Source: Octopus sinensis
Taxonomy: Eukaryota
Direction: 5' to 3'
Length of the DNA stretch: 41,433 nt
Assembly: GCF_006345805.1 (NCBI RefSeq)
Contig: NW_021835256.1
Location: forward strand, 1-41,433
Part shown: one piece after another, positions 1-12,483 of the stretch
How positions within the stretch are numbered: position 1 is the first letter of the stretch
Layout of the letters: every line of letters starts with the position of its first letter
The notes under the pieces: model-generated
Told to the model about the DNA's origin: nothing
What the model saw: the letters and a program-made list of their open reading frames with translations, nothing else
The model's database searches: none
Translations under genes and position numbers: made by a program

Positions 1-295
1 TTTCTTCGCTGTAATTTGCTTTATCTACTCGAAATCTTATTTCTTAGAATTTTATCTTATTTCTCTCTATTTCTAAATGATTTCGTTTTTGGAGTTGTTA
101 AATATGATGATTAGTTATCTAGGTGATGACATACACATACGACATGAAACAATCTGCTTCCTAATTTGGAAATAAATTAGATTTCATATATATTTCTGCA
201 TTAGAAAGAGAAGGCGAAATGAGTTATTTTATATTTGCCTACAGATATAAAATCTTGTGTCCATCTATTCATGCAATCAATCTATTCAAAATATT

Positions 296-319
296 GTATA
301 TATATATATATAATATATA

Positions 320-351
<32 letters not shown>

Positions 352-465
352 GTATAGTATATATCTGTATATATAATATTATATGTATATATTATATATA
401 TATACATAGATATAATATATATATATATTATATATATATTAATTATATATATATATAATTATATA
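296..465. repeat. Imperfect (TA)n microsatellite
   Basis: Direct reading; source of ORF 219..458. Confidence 0.95.
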
Positions 466-581
466 TCCGTTTTTCCATCCTTCTATACAATCTATACAGG
501 TTACCAACAGACATAGGTATATAATATATATATATATATTAAATAAACACTACATATGTGTATGTATATCTATGTATGTAG

Positions 582-880
582 AGGCGCAATGGCCCAGTGA
601 TTAGGGCAGCGGACTCGCGGTCGGAGGATCATGGTTTCGATTCCCAGCCCAGACGTTGTGTGTGTTTATTGAGCGAAAACACCTAAAGCTCCACGAAGCT
701 CCGACAGGGGGTGATTGCGACCCATGTTGTACTATTTCGCCACAACTTTCTCTCACTCTTTCTTCCTGTTTCTTTAGTAACGGTGCGATGGACTGGCGTT
801 CCGTGCGGCTGGGGGGAACACATATGCCATAGAAACCGTGAAACCGGGCCTATGAGCCTGGTCAGGCTTCAAAAGGGCGC
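582..880 (+). mobile_element. tRNA-derived SINE, head A + tail X
   Basis: A-box-like TGGCCCAGTGATTAGG and B-box-like GGTTTCGATTCCC. Head matches 20901, 33918 and 37492(-). Tail GCGATGGACTGGCG...GAAACCGG matches the 37203 copy. Confidence 0.85.
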
Positions 881-1360
881 ATGGATAAAAATAATATGTA
901 TCTTTGTGCGCGTGTGTTATGTCTCACAGAAATTGTAATGTCTTTAAGTTAATGGTTCATCAGAAACTCAAGAAGATGGTGTTACCCTGCTGGTATTATG
1001 AAATTACAACAATTGGGGAAATATAACACTTGTCCTGAGTGTATTGTGAAAACTCAGTCGAATCAAAATATCGTTGTAGCATACACAACTTAGGGGTAGA
1101 TCGATATATATCGTGAATGTGGCCTTATGCTTTGAGTTTTATATTACAAATTCTCTGAAAGTGAATCATTGAAAATGTCACCTCCGTGACTTGTACATAC
1201 CTGCCAACATACATGTGTAGTTACATGCATGCATTAATGCGTATATGCTCGGGGATGTGTGTGCCTGTTTTTGAGTTATAAATATATATATGTATGTGTG
1301 TAAATGTATATACGCATGTATATATATGTTTAAAAATTATTTTATACACTCTTATGTTTC

Positions 1361-1367
<7 letters not shown>

Positions 1368-1425
<58 letters not shown>

Positions 1426-1638
1426 TGTGTGTGTTATGTGTCTCTATTTGTCCCCCACCATCGCTTGACAACCGATGCTGATGTGTTTATGTCACCGTAA
1501 ACTAGCGGTTCGTCAAAAGTGACCTATAGAATAAGTACTGCGCTTACAAAGAATGTCCCGGGATCCATTTTCTCGACTCAAGGTGGTGCCCCATCATGGC
1601 CGCAGTCAAATGACTGAAACACACGAAAGAGTAAAAGA
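1368..1638 (+). mobile_element. 5'-truncated composite SINE: (TG)n + module D + AAAGAGT tail
   Basis: TTGTCCCC...CGCTTGACAACCGATGCTG...CATGGCCGCAGTCAAATGACTGAAAC as in 19905-20100; starts inside the internal microsatellite. Confidence 0.85.
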
Positions 1639-2062
1639 ATATATATATCCATATATGTATATGTATATTATTCTCAGGATGCTTGTATGAGCGAGTAGAC
1701 TCGGGCCATACATCTTCCACGAGGGCGTTTATACATCCATACCATTTGACGGTTATTTTTCACACTTTTCTCACTGGATTGCGTGTTCGTTTCTCTTTTT
1801 GTCATCCCTGATTTTATTTTTGATCTTCTATATAAAAGAAATTTCCCCTGTCTAGCAGCGTTTCTTTCTATAAAACAGAAAGTTACATTGCGGAACAGTC
1901 ATTTTAACGGGTTGTATTTCTTTATCACTCGTCGAGATGTGCACCACCGGATACTCCTGAACCAGTTGTTGAGCATACCATTCAAGAGGAATCGATGCTC
2001 GATGTGACGAAAAATTGTCGTGATTTATTATAAAATCTCGTATATTCCATCTTCTGTCTTTC

Positions 2063-2066
<4 letters not shown>

Positions 2067-2101
<35 letters not shown>

Positions 2102-2420
2102 TATATATATGTAGGTCCCGGGTTGATTCGGGGTTAACCACAGTAAATAAGGTACTCAATACATAGCAGAGTAAAATTAATTTATTATATTATTTTATTT
2201 ATTTGAATTTTAATTTTAAGATTTCTCTTGAATGAAACAGTTCTAGTCCTGTAGAAGCTCCTTCTATATAATAAATATATTATATATATATATATATATA
2301 TTATATATACTATATATATATACATATATAATATATAATATATATATATATACATATATATATATACATATATATATATAATATATATATATGTTTGTAT
2401 ATATATATATGTAGTATGTA
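2067..2420. repeat. (TA)n-rich low-complexity tracts
   Basis: Direct reading; two TA tracts separated by about 150 bp of AT-rich sequence. Confidence 0.85.
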
Positions 2421-3194
2421 TGTATGTATATGTAAAATATAAAAAAAAATTAATGGCTTACACCTTAATGTCTATGCATATGATAAACAAGAATAATTAT
2501 AAATTTATACAGTTACACTTGAAGAGAAACATGCACGAACAGACACGTTTGTTCATATGCAGATTAATGTTTACTTGTTTACGTATATATATATATTCCT
2601 AGATACACGTAACAATAAACGTACGCAAACAATAAACACAGTAAAACATGCACTGAAATAGACGGAACGAAAACGAACAAGAGCAATATCAACACACATT
2701 TTAACACATTCTCAAAACAACAGTTTCTAGCATACACCGATTTATCAGAGAGACACACATCACATAAACACACGGTTGACGAGAACGATAGCTATTACGA
2801 CACTGTAATATGTCTCCAATTATACGTTTAAATCAATTTTCTCGCCAGGCCTGGGAAAAATGATACTGGAACGAAATATCACATCGTTAGCATCCGATTG
2901 TTTTCAGAGAATGTTAATTTGTAAAGTCAATTACTGAATGCTGTATCTAATGCTGAAATTGAAAGCCGTTATGTACCAATATTTTTAATGATTCAATAAG
3001 CCGAAAATTAACTAGTGCTGACACAAATTACACTTTAATTAACCTTTGCGAAATTTCATATCGAATTGGGGTGTGTGTGTTTGTGTGAAAGGTTTTCCCA
3101 GTGGTGTGGTGTGTGTGTGTGGTGTGGGGGTGTGTCATTGTATGTGTGTGCTTGTGCGTTGACCATGTTGTATGTATGCATGCCTGAAAACATA

Positions 3195-3276
<82 letters not shown>

Positions 3277-3470
3277 CATATATCTATATACATATATATA
3301 CATATACATATATACATATATATATTATATATACACACACACACATATATATATATATATATTACATATATATATGTAAATACATATATATTATGTATTA
3401 TATATATATATATATATTTGTATATGTATGTATGTATTATGTATGTATGTATGTGTGTATGTATGTATAT
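3195..3470. repeat. (TA)n/(CA)n/(TATG)n compound microsatellite
   Basis: Direct reading; source of ORFs 3028-3519. Confidence 0.95.
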
Positions 3471-4004
3471 ATGGAAGTGTTTGTGTGCTAGGCAAATGTA
3501 TTTCTGGATCAGTGGGTAGGTATGTACGTTCAGGTATATATATTATAGCTGCACATTCTATATCATTGTATATATTATTTCAACTAAATTAATTACAATA
3601 TATTCGTTATTTATTGTTTCTTAATTATTCTATTCACATATTAGATAGCAGCCATGTTCGGTTAATTAGAAAAGCTGAATTCTCAATATTTAATTAATAT
3701 TTAACCTTTTCCAGTCTGTATTTGTTCAACATATTGATTTTATATTCATTTCATATTTGTTTATTTTGAGAAATATTGTTCTCGTTGTTTTCGGCTGCAT
3801 CTCCAACATCGGAAATTTGTCGATATCACGATTGTTGCTCTTGCTGGCGTTAGGTTTATGTTGGTGCTTCCTGGTTATTAATTTGTCTTATGTTGTTATG
3901 ACAGAAGCGGGCTTTGGGCAAGCAAATTTCTGAACTCGCCCATACATTTCATTGGAGCATTTTCGAATGATAACATTTTATTGATATTACAGAGTTATTA
4001 CTGT

Positions 4005-4520
4005 TGAGACACCCTTCGGTCAACACTGACCATGGGACTGCACCAAGAATGCTACCTATTTCTTTACTACCCACAAGGGGCTAAACACAGAGGGGACGAA
4101 CAAGGACAGACAAACGTATTAAGTCGATTATATCGACACCAGTACGTAACTGGTACTTATTTAATCGACCCCGAAAGGATGAAAAGCAAAGTCGACCTCG
4201 GCGGAAATTGAACTCAGAACGTAACGGCAGACGAAATACCGCAAAGCAAGTCCGGACAAGGTTGTTTATGGAAGACAAGCATACACTCATGCATAACGGA
4301 CTCCCCTCTCCACACCACAAGTGTTATCCAAAGGAAAAGGTAAAGGCCGATACAGCTTAGCACTTGGGACGTCGCAACTCATTTCTACAGCTGAGTGAAC
4401 TGGATCAACGTGAAATAAGGTGTCTCTTACTCAAGAACACAACATGCAGTCCGGTCCAGGATTCGAACTCACAACCTCATGATCGTAAGCTCGACGCCCT
4501 AACGACTGAGCCATGCGCCT
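4005..4520 (-). mobile_element. tRNA-derived SINE, head B (CORE-like) + tail Z, interrupted by a family C SINE
   Basis: 4243-4520 and 4005-4053 align to the uninterrupted copy at 25372-25690. The head reads GGCGCATGGCTCAGTCGTTAGGG...GTTCGAATCC on the - strand. Confidence 0.8.
4054..4242 (-). mobile_element. Family C SINE, 5'-truncated, nested
   Basis: Reverse complement matches 4625-4826 (GCGGTATTTCGTCTGCCG...CCCCTTGTGGGTAGTAAAGAAATAGGT). Confidence 0.9.
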
Positions 4521-4595
4521 TCGCCCAGAGTTATAATTACACATTAAAGAAATCCGCAAAATAGATTTCTAAGTTGTAATACAAGAAGATATTTG

Positions 4596-4826
4596 GGCGA
4601 GCTGGCAGACACGTTAGCACGCCGGGCGAAATGATTAGCGTTATTTCGTCTGCCGTTACGTTCTGAGTTCAAATTCCGCCGAGGTCAACTTTGCCTTTCA
4701 TCCTTTCGGGGTCGATAAATTAAGTACCAGTTACGCACTGGGGTGGATATAATCGACTTTATCCCTTTGTCTGTCCTTGTTTGTCCCCTCTGTGTTTAGC
4801 CCCTTGTGGGTAGTAAAGAAATAGAT
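4596..4826 (+). mobile_element. Family C SINE, full length, with 14-bp target-site duplication
   Basis: GGCGAGCTGGCAG head and GAGTTCAAATTCC B-box. AGATATTTGGGCGA is repeated at 4587-4600 and 4823-4836. Confidence 0.9.
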
Positions 4827-4844
4827 ATTTGGGCGAAAGAGCTT

Positions 4845-5008
4845 AGACCATTAGATTGGTCCATTGCTTAACCGGTGCTTATTTACCGAGACCGAAAGAA
4901 GAAAGGCAAATCGACATTTGTTGAATCTGAAATCAAAATGTAAAGTCGGACGGAATGCCGCTAAGCATTTCGTCCTCTGTATTAACGATTCTGCTAGCTC
5001 ACCGCACT
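4845..5008 (-). mobile_element. Diverged, older family C-like SINE
   Basis: CCGCTAAGCATTTCG and AACGATTCTGCTAGCTCACCGC match the reverse-complemented C head; the body is degenerate. Confidence 0.6.
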
Positions 5009-5337
5009 AACAATCGAACACTTGTGAATGACTAACGTTTCTGCATCCCTCACAGTAAATGATCAATTTAGAATATAAACCCGAACGGCGTGCAAAAGAT
5101 TCACACTACGCTAAATTACCCATAAATCTGAAAAAGACGAATTTACCACGGATGCAAAAACAATAAAGAATGCACAACCTGACAAAATATCCATGTTAAC
5201 AAGTGTGGAAGCTGCTTGTGAATGCATTATCTATTTATGTGTAATGAAAACCATAACGAATAACATAATATAAAACGATCCTGATGGATTGAAACTACAT
5301 AGGACATCTATATGGTCCTTCAAATTTATTTAGCATT

Positions 5338-5553
5338 CTCTTTACTCTTCACTCTTTTACTTGTTTCAGTTATTTGACTGCGGCCATGCTAGAACACTGC
5401 ATTTAGTCGAGCTAATCGACTCCGGGTCTTATTCTTTGGAAGCGTGGTACTTATTGTATCGGTCTCTTTTTGCCGAACCGCTAAGTTACGTGGACGTAAA
5501 CACACCACCATCGGCTGTCAAGTGACGTTGGAGGACAAACACAGACACACAAA
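5338..5553 (-). mobile_element. Composite SINE 3' half (module D)
   Basis: CTCTTTTACTTGTTTCAGT...GACTGCGGCCATGCT...GGACAAACACAGACACAC as in 26427-26640. Confidence 0.9.
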
Positions 5554-6360
5554 TCGTACAATTTTGCGTGTATCAGATTCGTTCCTGTGTCTGATCAGTC
5601 ACCACTCATCGCTTAATCAACCGTTAGTTTTTTATTTACGTCTACGTAACCTAGTGCATCAACAAAAGTAATTAATAGAATGAAGAGCAAACGCAAAGAA
5701 ATAAATAGTCGATCAATATTTTCAACTAAATCCACCGCTCAGGCCAATGTCCCGAAATGTCCGAAGTCTACTGACAGAAATAATTGTATGAACAGACGAA
5801 CATACAAAATATAAGCAAAATATCTAATGAACAAGATGGCTCTAATTACTGAAAATGGTGAAGTAAAAAGTCTGCGACCAATCAGCAATGAACAATATCT
5901 GTAAAACTTACAAACAATTATAAGTCTTGTTCTACCCTGTCGGCAATTATTGTAAATAAAAGAAATGACTTGTAGATAATACATAGGTCACGGTGTGGTT
6001 AGAATTTAGAATTTTAAGACAAAGAAAAGCAAATACGGTGTACAGAATGTGCGTTTTTATTATTGTTACTCATTACAAATGTCCTAGATATTTTTTGTTG
6101 TAGGTAACCATATATTTTCGCCATTTAGCACTAATTTGAAATCTTTAGTATGACATAACCCTTGGCAGATGTGTTTTGTTAAAGTAATCATTTTATATAG
6201 ATTGACTTTTGAGAAAGCAATTTTTTTTCTTGGCACTTGTTCATAGATCGTTGATAGTTCAGCAAGTGAATAAGAGAGAAAAATTAACTCATTCAAACGG
6301 AATTTTTTACTTTGATTAAATGTCCATAAATTTCTAAAATGTCCATAATTTCTAAAAAAA

Positions 6361-6682
6361 AGACTCCGCCGGTTACGACGACGAGGGTCCCAGCTGATAC
6401 GATCAACGGAACAGCTTGCTCGTGAAATTAACGTGCAAATGGCTGAGCATTCAACAGACACGTGTACCCTTAACGCAGTTCTCGGGGATAATCAGCGTGA
6501 CACAGAGAGTGACAAGGCTGACCCTTTGAAATACAAGTACAACTCATTTTTGCCAGCTGAGTGGACTGGAGCAACGTGAAATAAAGTGTCTTGCTCAAGG
6601 ACACAACGCGTCGCCGGGAATCGAACTCACAACCTTACGATCATGAGCCGAATGCCCTAACCACTAAGCCACGCGCCCTCAC
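6361..6682 (-). mobile_element. tRNA-derived SINE, head B + tail Y
   Basis: Head matches 25560-25690. 6361-6540 is the reverse complement of the tail at 21100-21280 of the head-A copy. Confidence 0.9.
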
Positions 6683-6985
6683 GAAATTTAATTTCTATAA
6701 CCGACTTGACTACAATACACGCGATTTAGAAAAACTACTTTTGGTGCCATCATTCAGGATGTAGATAATATATTTCAGCCATTAAATATTAATCCAGAGT
6801 TATTTGTACTTCGTTGGTGTTAGCATATGTGATCGGTATTGTACACCATCTGTTCCAAGATGAAATTCCGTCACAATCAAATTTTTAAATGCAGGGGTCT
6901 GATACCTAGTTTAGATTGTATGTTGTTGAATGATACAAAACTAAGACAGAAATAATAGGTTGTATGCAAGAATTCATTTATTAGA

Positions 6986-7075
6986 GGCTTACAGCTGTTT
7001 CAGATATACATTTGCGTGGGTTCGTGGGTCAGTCATATAAAATATAATGAACTGGCAAACGGCTTCATCAGAGCC
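6986..7075 (-). ncRNA. Type I hammerhead ribozyme (PLE/retrozyme-type minimal core, extended stem II)
   Basis: Minus strand reads GGCU-CUGAUGA-AG...CU-GAAA-CAGCUG-U-A-AGCC. Helix I GGCU/AGCC, core CUGAUGA (7071-7065) and GAAA (7001-6998), palindromic helix III ACAGCUGU, GUA cleavage triplet, and AATAAA just downstream. Folded by eye. Confidence 0.7.
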
Positions 7076-7157
7076 GCATTAAACCAACTCATACATAGGC
7101 ATAAATATGAGTGTCCCTGTCCGTGTCAGTGTGTGTATGTGTGTGTGCGTTACTATG

Positions 7158-7158
<1 letters not shown>

Positions 7159-7189
<31 letters not shown>

Positions 7190-7737
7190 ATGAGTGCGCG
7201 TATGTTTGAATACGTATCTATAGAAGTAGGTATTTGTTCGAAGAATATATATAAGGCTCCACATCTCCATACATATTCTGTATGTTCTGATGAATCTGTA
7301 TGAATGTCTTTACCTATGTAATTACTGTATCTTAGGTCGACTCCCATTCTTGAACTACTACACTTCTTAGATCAAGAGATAAGTAAGATGTTCTTCTGTG
7401 TATATACGTGTGTGTGTGTGCGTGTGCGTGTGTGTGTGTTTGTGAGTCTGTGTGCCTGTGTGAGTTCAACACAAGTTTTTAGAATGCTTCTTAATGCTCG
7501 TTTCATAATCAGAAAATATATGTGTATGTATTTCCTTAGTTTTGAATCGCGAAGAAATGATAAAAAGGACTTCATTTTGAAGAGTTTGACTCAAGAAATG
7601 TTGAACTTTGGAGGTTCTTTAGTAATGGTTTAACGAAAATAAATCATATATACTCAAGTATTGATTAGTATTATAGGAAACGCTCACACACATGATCTTT
7701 TATAATTCATAAATATTGTAAAATAAATATTCACTGC

Positions 7738-7771
<34 letters not shown>

Positions 7772-8304
7772 ATGAGTGCGCGTATGTTTGAATACGTATC
7801 TATAGAAGTAGGTATTTGTTCGAAGAATATATATAAGGCTCCACATCTCCATACAATTCTGTATGTTCTGATGAATCTGTATGAATGTCTTTACCTATGT
7901 AATTACTGTATCTTAGGTCGACTCCATTCTTGAACTACTACACTCTTAGATCAAAAGATAAGTAAGATGTTCTTCTGTATATACGTGTGTGTGTGTGCGT
8001 GTGCGTGTGTGTGTTTGTGAGTCTTGTGCCTGTGTGAGTTCAACACAAGTTTTTAGAATGCTTTAATGCTCGTTTCATAATCAGAAAATATCTGTATGTA
8101 TTTCCTTAGTTTTGAATCGCGAAGAAATGATAAAAAGGATTCATTTTGAGAGTTTGACTCAAGAAATTGAACTTTGGAGGTTCTTTAGTAATGGTTTAAC
8201 GAAAATAAATCATATATACTCAAGTATTGATTAGTATTATAGGAAACGCTCACACACATGATCTTTTATAATTCATAAATATTGTAAAATAAATATTCAC
8301 TGCT
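7159..8304. repeat. Tandem duplication of about 570-580 bp (7159-7738 / 7739-8304), probable assembly artefact
   Basis: Near-identical copies joined at a (TG)n run; the differences are almost all small deletions in copy 2. Confidence 0.9.
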
Positions 8305-8734
8305 ATGTTTAAACATCAATATACGTCGAATGTAAATATCTCAGCTTCTGTTTGCATGCAAATCTGAACGTGTCAATTTATATTTGTTCTGCTTGTTTGC
8401 GTTTGTGTCGGTTTGGCACTGCTTAGCTTGAAATATCTCTTTGCGCCTGTTAGTGATACTAAAACATATAAGTTAAAATCAGTCTCGAAAAAATACAAGA
8501 CAGAAATCGACGTCCAATCGTATAGAATTAAGACATGTACCAGCTACGTCAGTAAACAGATATGTTCGTATTTTTTATGACAGCAAAAAAAAAAAAATAT
8601 CACGTCTAATTCAAATGATTCACTTGAATTATGTATATATTTACACATATATGTGCGTAGGTGTGTGTGTATATATGCATGTAATCATGTATGTGAATGT
8701 GTACGTATGTATATATATATATACATGTATGTAT

Positions 8735-8766
<32 letters not shown>

Positions 8767-8771
<5 letters not shown>

Positions 8772-8960
8772 CGCAGGAGTGGCTGTGTGGTAAGTAGCTT
8801 GCTAACCAACCGCATAGTTCAGGGTTCAGTCCCAATACTTGGCATCTTGGGCAGGTGTCTTCTGCTATAGCCCCGGGCCGACCAATGCCTTGTGAGTGGA
8901 TTTGGTAGACGGAAACTGAAAGAAGCCTGTCGTATATATGTATATATATATATATATATA
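8767..8960 (+). mobile_element. SINE head E followed by (TA)n, without module D
   Basis: GGCGCAGGAGTGGCTGTGTGGTAAG...GGGTTCAGTCCC...GTAGACGGAAACTGAAAGAAG, nearly identical to 19676-19842. Confidence 0.9.
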
Positions 8961-9242
8961 TGGGAGGGGTGCGTATATGTATTCATTATATCGCAATTGT
9001 TTACTGACATTCAGTATTCGAGTAGGGAATCAGAAGCTGTACTAGGAGCGCGTGCTCGATCACAAACAAATGTATATACACCCATGAATACACTCAAATT
9101 TTTGTGCATGTGTGATCATGTTCATGCATCTAAATAGACATAGAAACGGACGTATGCGCATACACTTACTCAATCAACCAATTACACATAACAAGACAAA
9201 TACACAAACGCGCATATACATATAGAGAAATACATGCTAAAC

Positions 9243-9530
<288 letters not shown>

Positions 9531-9799
9531 AGATCTATCATTCTATCGATCTATCTGCCTACGTATGTATGTATGTATCTATGTATCTATCGTGGTCACC
9601 GTTTAATTACTGTAACATGTAAAAGAATAAAAGAAAATGTGTTATATATAGATATATATATATATATATATAATATATATATATACATATATTATATTAT
9701 ATATATACATATATTATATATATATATACATATACATATATTATATATATATATACATATATACACACAGATATATATATATATACACACATGCACAGA

Positions 9800-10376
9800 T
9801 ACATACATACATGCATACATACATACATACATACATACATGCATACATACATACATACATACATACATACATACATACATACATAGATGCATACATACAT
9901 ACATACATACATACATGCATACATACATACATACATACATACATACATACATAGATGCATACATACATACATACATACATACATACATACATAATACATA
10001 CATACATACATACATACATACATACATACATACATACATACATACATACATACATGCATACATACATACATACATACATGCATACATACATACATACATA
10101 CATACATACATACATACATACATGCATACATACATACATACATACATACATACATACATACATACATACATACATAGATGCATACATACATACATGCATA
10201 CATACATACATACATACATACATACATACATACATACATACATACATACATACATACATACATAGATGCATACATACATACATACATACATACATACATA
10301 CATACATACATACATAGATGCATACATACATACATACATACATACATACATACATACTACATACATACATACATAT
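9800..10376. repeat. (CATA)n tetranucleotide array with TAGATG/CATG interruptions
   Basis: Direct reading; source of the 216-249 aa HTYI/MYVC ORFs. Confidence 0.97.
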
Positions 10377-11222
10377 ATATGCATAACTACATGCATGCAT
10401 ACATAATTGTATATGCTGAAAATGCCACCGAAAAAAGCTGAATAGATGTCTGCAGTTAGTAAAAAGTGTTAATAAATAAATCATAAACATGTAGGAAAGA
10501 TATCGACAATATGGAAACCAATTAATAATATGGAATTTCTATCCGTCTCTCAATGTATCTGTCTATAATAGAAAAACATCCTCATATGTGTGCGTGCGCT
10601 CGCGAGCGCGCGTGTATGTGTGTATAGAACAACATATACCACTTTTGTACATGTGCATGTATTTCTGTGTAAAATGTCTTTTGTTGCCTACGCGTCTTTC
10701 ACGGGGCTAAATACATTAAGATGAAAAATTTTATTTCCTTTACATGTTTTTCACATGTTCACTTGAGGATATCTGAAAAATTCACACACAATTATACAAT
10801 ATCACATGCAGTTCTCTGTAAACACAATTACTGTATGTGGATCTCATTAAAGCATGTTGATATCCCGAAGGCAGAAATCACATCTAACATAGAAGTATCG
10901 AACTATTTTCCATTTTTTTCTCACAGACAAAATTGTGTAAACAGCTAATTTTTTTCTTATTACGTTCGTTAAAACATATGGCAATAAGTAAAATTATATA
11001 AAGTGTGTTAGAGAAAAGAGTGTTACCGAATATTTACAGCTTTAGAAGCTAAGATTTATAGCAATTTATGTTTAAAAACTTTGCATCCGATAATACGAAC
11101 ATGATTTATATCATGGTGTTTTTGCTTAATTTTGTTTTTAGAATTTGGGAATCAAGCACGTAATGTAACACATAATGTTATAACTGGTTGCGGTTCGTTT
11201 GATGATTATGCGGTCGCACGTT

Positions 11223-11454
11223 ACCTATTTCTTTATTACCCACAAGGGGCTAAACATAGAGGGGACAAACAAGGACAGACATAGGTATTAAGTCGATTAC
11301 ATCGACTCCAGTGCGTAACTGGTACTTAATTTATCGACCCCGAAAGGATGAAAGGCAAAGTCGACCTCAGCGGAATTTGAACTCACAACGTAACGGCAGA
11401 CGAAATATCGCTAGACATCTCGCCCGGCGTGCTAACGTTTCTGCCAGCTCGCCG
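11223..11454 (-). mobile_element. Family C SINE, full length
   Basis: Reverse complement of 4596-4826; CGTTACC repeated at 11219-11225 and 11453-11459 (possible TSD). Confidence 0.9.
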
Positions 11455-11744
11455 TTACCGATGAAATAAGAATAGAGTGACTGACAAAGCTCAATTAAAA
11501 TGGAGAAGGAAACTTGATGCCCAGAGAAGGAAATTAGATGCATTTATGCATGAAACAGACCGATGGGATCGTTTCATCTCGAACAAGTTTCATTATGAGT
11601 TCGGTTACTCATAACAATTACAATAACACTTTGTATGTGTGTGTGAGAGAGAGAGAGAGGGGTAACGATTCATTTCGGTCATAAATGACATAGGTTTACA
11701 CTTACAAAGTTCTCCTCCGATGCACAACTCCGGGCTAGTTTGTT

Positions 11745-11988
11745 TACAGGAAACCAGCAGTCGACCAGGAATCTCAGCCTCCCCTCTCCACACCAACGAT
11801 GTTGTCCAAGGAAAACGCAAAGGCAGATACAGCTTGGCACCATTGACTGAGCAACTCATTTCTAGAGCTGACTGAACTGAGGCAACCCGTAATGTAGTGA
11901 TTTGAGTAAGAACAGAACTCACAGCCCGGTCCGAGAATCGAACACTCTATCTCATGATTATGAGCCCGACGCTCTAATCTCTTAGCTA
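11745..11988 (-). mobile_element. Diverged head B + partial tail Z SINE
   Basis: CAGCCTCCCCTCTCCAC...GATACAGCTTGGCACC...GCAACTCATTTCTA as in 25485-25580. Confidence 0.8.
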
Positions 11989-12483
11989 TATATATATATA
12001 TACGTATAAACTTCATATTACAGGGATCAGGTAGTATCTAAGTTCTATTTTTTTTATTGGAGTACTAGATGCGTCAGTTAAATCCAGTTTAATACAACAC
12101 TTATTGCTTTAAAAACTGATAGGAGTTCATACAGGAGAGCAAAGTCCTAAATATACAAATGTGTTGGGCGTTTAATTTTGCAATACTGTCGTATGTCACA
12201 TCAATCGATCTTGCCCTTTTACCAAATTGATAACAACAGTGTACTGGAATAAGAATGTGTATCATAATTAAATTATACTCTAATCGCATTGTAAACGAAA
12301 CAAAGATGTAATAGTTTTATCTCTGTTGTCCAACGTTTGACTTTTCTTGAAGCTTTTGTTCCATTCTGTAACTAGTCGGAGTAGTTTCCTTACTAAGTCA
12401 GCAACAACATCCAGTTATAAATATCAGTTATACCACCGTATATTTACGCTTGTGTGGTGGTATACTAGATTATATTTGACTTC

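Noticed and set aside
582-660. tRNA-like cloverleafs at SINE heads (also 6600-6680, 20901-20975 and others)
   Set aside because: No proper acceptor stem, and each continues into a shared SINE body; they are SINE heads, not tRNA genes.
1852-2064. HDN..H and CNFLF reminiscent of a mariner transposase
   Set aside because: The spacing is about 10 residues longer than D34D, the YSPDL motif is absent, and there is no convincing TIR; at best an unprovable remnant.
3780-3960. Minus-strand peptide faintly like a PLE GIY-YIG region; also YIG in ORF 7153..7347
   Set aside because: The key residues and motif order are not preserved.
9800-10376. Recurrent TAGATGCA interruptions suggesting higher-order or CRISPR-like periodicity
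   Set aside because: Spacing is irregular, there are no unique spacers, and the context is eukaryotic.
9573-10490. Long 216-249 aa ORFs, and similar ORFs at 3028-3519, 14283-14713, 23341-24228 and 34318-35999
   Set aside because: They are translations of stop-free microsatellites, open on both strands and in several frames, with no real protein features.
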